Assembly (NCBI RefSeq): GCF_052425735.1
Contig: NC_135765.1
Span: forward strand, 1,364,001-1,428,000
Direction of reading: 5' to 3'
DNA: 64,000 nt
DNA from: Oculina patagonica
Lineage: Eukaryota
Position numbers and translations under genes: made by a program. Positions 55,001 to 64,000 of this stretch are shown here, piece by piece. The number at the start of each line of letters is the position of its first letter. The first letter of the stretch is position 1. The notes below the pieces were generated by a model that was given only the letters and a program-made list of their open reading frames with translations, made no database searches and was not told the DNA's origin.

Positions 55001-58000
55001 ACAGTTCAAGCTGGGACACTCAGTGGAGATGAATTATCCAATTTCCAATCCATAAGCGGCGTATAAACCTTAACTTTCCAGGGACGGCGTTAACTTTTGG
55101 CTTTAAAGCGAAAGTTTTCGGAAAATTTTAAACTTTGTATGAAGAATTTTGGCGGGAATAACACAGCAACTGCGCACGCGCGCTGCGTTTGACCGCTGTG
55201 TGCCGGTACCCATATATACACCTGGGTGGACAGCGGCACTATGAGAGTAAAGTGTCTTGCCCAAGAACACAACACAATGACCCCGGCCAGGCCTCGAACC
55301 CGGACCGCTCGATCCGGAGTTCGGCGGCGCACTAACCATTAGGCCACCGCGCCTCCCAAATTAAAAATTACAAATTAAGCATAACAATTAATGTCAAAAA
55401 TCCCAACTGGCGAACCAATTGCGTATTTACAAGGAGGAGATGAACTCGGCTTTACCGTGAAACAACTCCAGGAAGTGGTAAGAACGGGACTTAAATCCGG
55501 GAACTCCGAATTTCAAGTCTGGCGCCCAAACCGCCTCAGAAACGCTGCCTCTTTAATGTTCTTTACGAGTGTATTAATTCTTGGAACTTTGGCAAGTATT
55601 AGGCAAATACAAATAAAAAAATAAAAGACAAAAACTAATCTGGTAATCGATACCATAAAGAAGTCATAAACACCCCTTGCGCTCGCAAATACACAGAGAG
55701 ATCCGGGCGTTTCTAATTCTTGTCTACTAAAACTGAGTAGTTTTTAGTTCATTGGAGAATAATTTCACGGCAATGACGAAATTCATCAGCTGATCTCCCG
55801 TAGGCTGATATCGATATTTGTCATTATTATATAAACTGCAGTGGTATAGCGAGTGGTAGCACCTAGATAAAAATGGTATCACACATGTGTGGATAAAAAT
55901 GATATTCACAAATGTGTGATATCATTTTTGACCAATCAGCTCACAGTTTGCCACTTTTCAATGTTCAATGAGCCAAAGTTTATCGATATTAAGTCGAAAC
56001 ATCTTCGGATCTTCCTCGGCAATCTTTGGTATCACACTCGAAGATAAATTTCACTCGTGAGCTATCGATTTGAACACTCGAAGATAAATTTCATATCTCC
56101 GTGCAACCATGTATTATCCTCTATTTATCCAACGATTTTCTCTTCTCTCCATTAGAAGAAGCATTACAAGGTATCATAAGTAAAAACCAATCGTGATTTC
56201 TTTTGCAGTTTCTGAAAGGCAAACAATTACCAACTGGGACATCAAGCACGTGGAAGGCAGTATCTTGTACCACTCGCCATCCGGACACATTGAGGTGAAG
56301 AGAAAAGGCTACTACTTCATATACAGCCAAATGTATTACTTTGACGGCTCCCCCTTTGTAATGAGTCACAGCACCTACATAAATAAAGTTCGGGTCATGG
56401 AAAGTTCGGGGAGCGTTATAAGCACCCATCGGAAGTACAACACAAAATATCATGGCGGCGTTTTCTTACTTCAGGAAAACGACCTCATCTCCGTTCACAC
56501 ACCATTCTCGGCCAAGTACCACATGGATAGCAAGCGTAGCTTTTTTGGAGCATTCCTTTTTGGAAATGCAGAAAGGCAAGGTAAACATTCATTGATTGAT
56601 TGCTTGATTGATTCATTCATTTACTAGGTAATTACACTGAAGAACCTCTGGACGCACTAAATTTTTTGACTAGATGTGTTTCTGAAAAAATCGTTGTTGA
56701 GTTTAAGGATGCATCTGTGGAGCTCTAAAATGACCACAAACTGTGACTAAAAATTTTTAACTCATCCGGTCCGACGTTTCGCAACCGACGGACCTCATAG
56801 GCTTGATATCTTGGGTGGTCGCTGTCGGGAGGTTCGACTGTCCGCAAATCATTTCAGTATTTAATTCATAATTTCGCTACGAGAATGTATATATGGGCAC
56901 GTAAAACAAAATTGCTAATTACTCGGCTATTAAAAAATGAAGGTTCAATACTAGTTTTACTGGAACTCTATCCACCGAATTTTGAGCCGTACGAATAAAC
57001 AAATACATGTGATGCTCTGCCAATGCGACTGAGCTATAAAGCAGTAATGAACAAGTCAAAGGGGAGTTCAGAAGTCATACACATGGGCTGTCGATAGAGA
57101 TCTTCGCAAGGCAGATGTAAAGCTAGATAGCACAGAAAATCTTAGTGAGGCAAATCCACATTAACGGCTTGGTAACTGTTAATTTTAAATAGCAATAAAC
57201 TTAACTTAAAAGTGTTATTTACAGTGGAGTTCTTTTCTTACTTTCAGTGCTTTCTCCTCCCACAACCCTACCTCCTACTACACTAACGGGTAAGTTGCGA
57301 GGGGCCTTAGGAGGTAAAATTGGAACTGAGATATGCACAAATTTTCACTGGGAAAATGGATTTGGGTCACTGGGACTCGGAATCACAAACAAAAAACAGT
57401 GAAACTGGGAATGGGATTTGGGAAAATTTGGGAACCAAAAGGCTGGGAAATGGGATATGTACCCCCCCCCCCCTCCTTCAGGACCCTCCGTTGACGTTAT
57501 TCGTTTGATTACGTCACTAGACCATTTATTGTGTGTTTGAATGCTGTTGCTTAGATGTACGAGCCCGCCACCAATGTTTTAGCACACTGTGAGAATTAAA
57601 ATGTCTGCTTCCTTATTCATTCAGTTGCAAATTGCAAGACATCATGTGTTAACAATCACGAGAAGGGAATTATTTGCATCTGGTTTGGTTTTAACTGGGA
57701 ATCTCTTTTTTTTTTCTTTTTCTGAGAAAAAGGAGCGAAGCCAACCACATCGGTAAGAATTCTGTTTTTTACCTTTTTCCAGACTAGGTATAACTTGAAA
57801 ACCACTTGTTTTAATAAGTGATTGCTAACTTTGTAGGGGCAGTGATAGAGACCAAACTAACACGTCCCATCGGTGTCTCCCAATCTCCTCACACTCAGGG
57901 GAAATGGTTGCTAATACAACTTTATTCTTGTGTGGACTTGTACGCAGTTTCAGCGTGCTTACTTGGTCTGAGCCTGTTTATCTCATATCATTTTTCCTGT

Positions 58001-59015
58001 TCTTCTCATTTGTATTCATTCAAATAGTGACGAACTTTATCCGTTTACCGGACCTGTTTTTTTTCTTAAGGTAAGAGCAAGCATCTACTTAGCTGGAGAT
58101 GACACAAGCCTTCGAAATCCTGGTAAGTGAGGTTCATTATTAACCCGTCAGTTTATTCCTGTCATTTCATGTCACCCGAAGATATTGAGTTCAAATAAAT
58201 CATGCTGAACCTTTTTGAGGGGCCTGACGGGGTAAAATGGGAACTGGGACTTGGGCAAATTTTCACTGGGAAAATGAGATTTGGGTCACTGGGACTGGGA
58301 ATCACAAACAAATAAACAATAGAACTGGGAATGGGATTTGGACAATCGGAAAAACAATAGGATGGGAAATGGGTTTTGGGGCAAAATTGGGGCTGGGAAA
58401 TGGGATTAATAATTAAATGGGACTGTCGTTTTTGAATGCCGTTTATTTTCGTAGAGGTTTAAGTTTCGTTTATTCCCTTCACAGTCGCAGTTAAACCTTC
58501 AGCCCATGTTAGAAGCTTTTTACGAAATTTAAACCTTGCAAAAATAGATGTCATAAAACTCGCGCACTCCTTTTCATATTTATATAGCGTTCGTCTCAGC
58601 CCATTATATTCAAACATAACTAATCACGGATTGAACATTTTGTTTGTTAACAGTTAGTCATATCATAGCAAACTGGATTGTTCGCGACAAGATAGGCTCC
58701 ATTCAATACGACAGAGGCTTTATTATAGTCACGACACCCGGACACTACTTCATATACAGCCAAATGTACTATCACGACGCGCGCACACATGTAATGGCAC
58801 ATCACACTTACATCAACAATGAAAAGGTCATGGAAAGTATTGGAAGTTCAATCACTGATAGCACAAAGGACAACACCCGATATCATGGCGGAGTATTTCT
58901 TCTTCGAGTGAATGACACCATATCAGTTCGCATTCCGTACATCCGGGAATACAACATGAAAACTGACGCCAGCTTTTTCGGAGCGTTTCTGCTGTATCCT
59001 GGTGAATCACGCTGA
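52041..59015 (+). CDS. G5: collagen-containing TNF ligand with two tandem TNF homology domains, ~429 aa, exons 52041-52232, 52343-52397, 52881-52952, 53414-53503, 54012-54037, 54140-54182, 56209-56580, 57727-57752, 58071-58122, 58654-59015
   Basis: Exon 1 is nearly identical to G4. Furin RVRR, CTC, 21 Gly-X-Y triplets, IQESIHLVG plus THD1 ending CAAG|gtaaac, linker EKGAKPTTS, second strand-A exon VRASIYLAGDDTSLRNP, THD2 ending TGA. Total 1290 nt in frame. Confidence 0.82.
54522..54850. mobile_element. MITE copy 1 (TIR CACACAGCGGTCAAACGCA, 9-bp TSD GGGTTACCC)
   Basis: TIRs and TSD read directly from the sequence. Confidence 0.8.
54883..55202. mobile_element. MITE copy 2, inverted relative to copy 1 (9-bp TSD CCGGTACCC)
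   Basis: Reverse complement of copy 1 with few differences; TSD at 54874-54882 and 55203-55211. Confidence 0.8.
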
Positions 59016-59643
59016 TTGGATCACAAGAAACGATTTACGATCACGAAGAATAGATGATATTACTGTAGCTTTTACTCGTAAATTAGCGAAATAGCCCTAA
59101 TTTGAGAACTGATCGAAACACAATTGATTTGATTTTTGTCGTATGAAAAACGAATATTATACCAGAATGTTTTTAAGACATTTGCACGTATTTTAATGAG
59201 TCGAGTTAAAAATAGTTAATGCTACAATTTGTATACCTTTATCATTTATTAAAATGCAAGTCAATACAATTGCATATGTCAGTGTAGAAACAATATATAA
59301 TAATCCTAATGTTTTGTTTAAAGTCCTTTTTCAGATCATTTGCTGTAACCTGGTAAAATTGCTTCTTCAAAATTGAATATTACTTATATCTCAATTTTTA
59401 GCTTTTATTTTACCTGATGTAAGTGTATACCTAATTACTGATATATTTCACTAGTTTTTAAACTTAATTACAAGAAATAATCATTTGATTGACTTTTTGT
59501 GCGTTTCATTGAGAACATTGTCTACTACGCCTGCGATTAAACTCGGCAAGCTCGTGCGAATTTTGAAGAAATACGCGTGTTAATTTCTGTATCAATCATG
59601 ATTATTACTAACCTTGCTACCCGAATAATTTACAGTGCTCAGT

Positions 59644-59800
59644 CTGACTCGTCCCCAGTCGTCTTCATACAGCACGCGGCAAAGGGAGAGAAGCGCGCGA
59701 GGTGGAGGGGAGCAGGGGATGCTTCTCTACTCACCTTTCGCTCCAATTCTCGGTACCCATCTCTTCCTGCGCTGTATGAAAACGACTGGGGACGAGTCAG
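59644..59800. mobile_element. MITE with a 9-bp TSD
   Basis: GTGCTCAGT|CTGACTCGTCCCCAGTCG...CGACTGGGGACGAGTCAG|GTGCTCAGT. Confidence 0.75.
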
Positions 59801-62059
59801 GTGCTCAGTCAAAAAAACAGCACGCGTATCATTCAACACTGTCACGACAGAATGGTCGTCGTAGATTAAGAGAGCCACGAACGGGCAACCGGGGTTAGAT
59901 GTTCTTTGTGTTTAGCGCGCTCCATATTTAGCAGTTACAAAAACAATAGCCTCCATTTGGTGCGAAAACCAGGACTACATTTCTTCAAAAAGCTGACTAC
60001 TCCCCTGATTGATTTAGTCATTAAGTTTTTATTCTGAATTCGAAGTGCAGCTTTGAGTTTCATTGGCGCTCCCGTTACTAAGTTCTGCTGATAATGTCCA
60101 TTAAATGTTTTTAATGACCAATCACAGCTCAGAGCGGGGACGCAAAGTGTTCGATCTTTTTAAAAAGCACTGTATTTTGTGTAGGACGTCATTTAGTAAT
60201 CTTGATCTGTATAGCTAGGTTTTAAGAAATAAAGCATCAACTGACCTAAAATAGAAGAGTTTTCACCGCTAACTCACATTTTGCCAGCGAGAGCGAGTTT
60301 AGGTGGCTAGCAATACTTTAGACCTTCCAATGTGGCCTAACAGTTCGCTTTTGCTAATTCGTACACATGGGTGGAGACAAGCAATGCGAGAGGAAATTTT
60401 CTCCCAACAATGCATTAGGCCACCGCATCTCTCACTGACATGACTGAGAAATTAAAGTTGTACGTTATTTCGTTTAAATTCTAATCAGGACCTTAAGAGG
60501 GCCGTTAAGTAAACTATCCTTGGATATCCTCCAGTTTTAAAGTACTGAACATGATATAGTGTACGGGTCATTTGCAATATATCTGCGCTGGCTCTTGCGC
60601 TGACGTTATTTCAATTTGCTACACCGCGCTGACGAGACCCAAACATAGGCACGCTAAGCGTGCAGGAGGTATTTTTTCAATTTATGGGGTGGCTTGGGGT
60701 AAAACTGGGTGATTGTCCTGTTGGGATGGTTTATGCCATGGGTTGAGCTATTTGTGTATGGCGCCCCACGGAGTCACTTTTTTGCACAAAGTTTGCTTGC
60801 AAACAAAATAATTTTTACATGCATTTTGATACATCAGAACTGTTTTATTTAATACGGAAATTTTCATCATTTAATTAAAAAACAAAACTAATTCAATTGT
60901 CAAAATGTCACAAAATGGCACGTTCTTATTCTGTTTAAAGCGGTTATTTTGTTGCTAGCTTTGTAGCAACCGTAACGGGTTACTTTTGTTTGTTACGGAA
61001 TACTTTTGGCTTTTTGCCAAACACTGTAACATGATACCGTTGTTTTTCTCACTTTTGTAACATGATACCTTTGTTTTTTTAAAACGAACGTAACACGATA
61101 CCCTTGTTTTTCTCGAAAAAGCCACGTCTCCATATAGACATTGAACGAAAAGTACTATAATAAACGAAGTAATAAACGAATCAAATAAAAAAAACCACTC
61201 TCTTCGGAAAATTTCTTTAAAGCGCAGTACACCTGGAGTATTTGTTTCCTGTCAAAACTGTTCAACAAAGATTTTCGTTCATTCACAACGTAAATTCTAT
61301 TCAACAAACAAGAACTAATTGAGTTATCAAGTTGTCACGAAATGGCACGCTCTTATTCTGTTTTTGCTATCTATCGTAGTTGCTTTTAACAGTAAAGTTA
61401 CTTGTACCGGTTCATTAAATGTTTGAACGAAATGTTTTACAGTTGATTTCAGTTTACTTTGGCCACCCGCTTTGCGAAGTTTGTTGGGAAATTGGAAACT
61501 TTGTTATGAAGTTGCCAATTACGGTGCGAGTTTGCGAATCAAATTGCAAACATCGATACAAATTTCCCGACTTCGGCCCGACTGAACTTTCTAAGTTTGG
61601 TAGTTGAGGAGAAACAAGACATGTTGCTCGAAAGTCGTGGCGATTTCTGAACTCGAAGATTTTAGAACTTGTCAAGGAAAGTAGCTTGAAGTGCAAGACA
61701 ACGTTTCGCATCAGCGATCACGCAAGTGATTTGCCGATAAATAAATTTCATGCATGTAGAAATTTGGTCAAATTTTAACTTTTTTGTATGAAAACACATA
61801 TTTAACGATTTCTGTGAGCCATAATCTTCACTGTCTTCAATTTCAAGTCTTCTGCGTTTGAAAACCGTATGAAACTGGATGGTTTAACCATAAGTAAAAT
61901 TGATTTTAATCGAAGCCGACGCGACGCGACGGGGAAGACTAATTTGTTCGAGACAACATGTTTACGGCTCGCTGAACATAAAAGTTTTTTTATTTTTATG
62001 ACATTTGTTTCCAACAGTTTAGCGTAGCAAAGCCCTTTTTGATAACATAACTACAGAAG

Positions 62060-63058
62060 CAGGGTTCTCCCTAGTTTTCAGCACAGCAGGTAAAAAAACC
62101 TTTTAAACCGGTAAAGAAATTCCCGTAGATTCCAGCCGTTTTCTAGTTTACCTACATGGAACAGAATGTTGTCCAAATGCTGGTCGAATTTTATTTCATG
62201 ATAACTTTATTCTGGTCTTACAGACCTCTTTCGCCTGCTATACAGCCTAAGAAAAATTGCATAAAATTATCTTCCATTGTTTTAAGGGGATACATTTGCT
62301 GCCGCTTACATGACGTACTACTTGAAGAATCGGCGGTCCTGTTTCGTCTTTGCTACGAATCGCTGCAGCTCTTTTTTTCTTTGCTTCGAATACAGCATTC
62401 ACAACGGCGTTGTTGAAAAGTTGTATTCTGAATGCTTCTTTTAACCTGTCGTCTGGATTTTGTTTTAAATACTTACGAACTTAATGAGAAGAATTTGACA
62501 ACGAAAGCTGCCTTTGTCTTCACCACGTGTCAGCTACGGTCAACTAAGCAATCAACTATTTTCTGCATTTTGCATGTTTTTGAAAACTGAACTATTATAT
62601 GTAAGTAATATTTCTCACTTCTGAAATTATTTTTACCTCTTTGCCTTTGTGATTGTTTTCATTTTCAACGGACAAAGTGAAAGGACAGCAAGGAAAGCTG
62701 CCGCTTCATTGTGGAATCGATCGTGGAAACTGTGCAACAACAGATGTGCACTTGCCGAGAAGTGAGAAAGACCAGCAAAACTTGTTCTTTCTTCGATAGG
62801 TAGCAGCCCTCAGAGATTCGGAAAGCGAAGGGAAATAAAGAATATTGAATACTAGCACAAATTCGTAAATGAATATTGCATTTGTCGCTGTTTATTTTCA
62901 ATCTGTTATTTTCGATCATGACTACGAAGGTGAAACGAGTGGTGTTACTTTGTTATTTACCTGTTGAATTTTCAAGATTTCTAAGCGGTTCTAGGCGGTA
63001 AAGAGTCGTGTTACAAGCGGTAAAATTTACCGGTTACCGCCTGATAAGGAGAACACTG
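62060..63058. mobile_element. Non-autonomous hAT-like element
   Basis: TIR CAGGGTTCTCC...GGAGAACACTG, flanking direct repeat CAGAAG, subterminal gcggtaaa repeats. Confidence 0.6.
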
Positions 63059-63477
63059 CAGAAGGATTTAATAAATTCGGGCTGAAGTTGGGAACTTTGT
63101 ATCGAAGCTCACAATTTGATTCGCAAACTACGAATACGTTTCAAATCCATGATAATTCACAACTCACCAATTAATCTTTCAACGAAAACGAACTGCGACA
63201 CGCTGCGACACATAATTTCGTCAGATTACTTCGCCTTTATAAACTGCAATTTGATTGGTTCTGATAGTACCTGAAATCTGATTGGTGTGACAAACAAACA
63301 TACTTCACTGACCCACTGAGTGATTCACGGGACATCGCGGCGACTAAGAGCTATTTCGAAAAAATAACTCAAAAAGGACGAAACAGCTGCCCACGGCTGC
63401 AACCCTGCTCTTTCGGTTCTAGTCGTGTTGGTGTCTCGCAAAGTACTCTTTTTCACGTAGTATCAGCTTTGCTGTAT

Positions 63478-63870
63478 TGTTGCGTTCGACGGTAGGAGAA
63501 CGCATCCTAATCTTGTGGTGACCTGTGGTCCCGCGGTTGTCCTGTGAACGCGTAAGCGAAAGTCGTTCTATGTGTCGTCCTATGTATGTATGTATGTATG
63601 TATGTATGTCGGTATGTGGCAGGATGGCCTCGATCTCATGTGAGAAGACATTAGAAAGCAATTTAATTGCGTCACAGCAACGTCAACAATGACATTGAGC
63701 CGCAAAGACAGTGCGCGCAAAAACAATTAGCCGATACCGCTAGGCTGTAAACAATTTTTGCGTTCGACGGTAGGACAACGCATCCTAATCTTGTGGTGGC
63801 ATGTGGTCCCGTGGTTGTCCTGTGAACGCGCAAGCGAAAGTCGTTCTATGTATCTTGGTATGTGGCAGGT
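63478..63870 (+). repeat. Local direct duplication (~63478-63625 and ~63758-63870) with a (tatg)n microsatellite
   Basis: ttgcgttcgacggtagga..aacgcatcctaatcttgtggtg..aagcgaaagtcgttctatgt occurs twice. Confidence 0.75.
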
Positions 63871-64000
63871 TGGCTAATTAATGACGTCACAGTTTCGTCG
63901 CGAGAGATCCTGGGAACGAGGTTGATTCGATCTAACGATCTTCTTCGGGCCGGTTTGCGTTTTTGAGTTTGCCCTGTGAGTTGTGCTGAAAACTAAACAT

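Larger units (their letters stand above)
54395..55357 (-). mobile_element. tRNA-derived SINE interrupted by two MITE insertions
   Basis: - strand head ggaggcgcggtggcctaatggttagtgcgc..ccgggttcgagg; the body resumes across both insertions. Confidence 0.7.

Noticed and set aside
7890-59015. C1q/adiponectin-type collagen-C1q assignment, or the gene symbol EDA
   Set aside because: Type II TM plus furin site and G.Y..YSQ / FFGAF motifs fit a THD rather than gC1q; orthology to EDA cannot be shown without a phylogeny, so no symbol is given
60650-64000. Short ORFs at the end of the window
   Set aside because: No recognisable protein motifs; the region is repeat-derived

Overview
AT-rich, intron- and MITE-rich eukaryotic (metazoan) genomic DNA. 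The repeat landscape and gene content look like an anthozoan or stony coral, but this is inference. The window holds a head-to-tail cluster of five spliced + strand genes (G1 3075-8269, G2 10993-17996, G3 22703-28939/30409, G4 33035-47519, G5 52041-59015). Each encodes an ectodysplasin-like TNF-superfamily ligand: short cytoplasmic tail, type II TM helix, coiled coil, furin site (RxRR/RxKR), Cys motif, Gly-X-Y collagen stalk built from phase-1 microexons, and a C-terminal TNF homology domain (THD) split over a strand-A exon and one large exon. There are 7 THD exons for 5 gene starts. G5 splices in frame into a ligand with TWO tandem THDs. G3 carries a second intact, phase-compatible THD exon that could act as an alternative last exon. 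G4 keeps a stop-containing relic of the THD-THD linker exon and has expanded its collagen stalk about 4-fold by tandem exon duplication. N-terminal and THD modules show discordant relationships between paralogues, and putative STAT/NF-kB sites are conserved in the promoters. Exon models were built by hand from GT/AG sites, phase and homology between paralogues; no transcript evidence is available.
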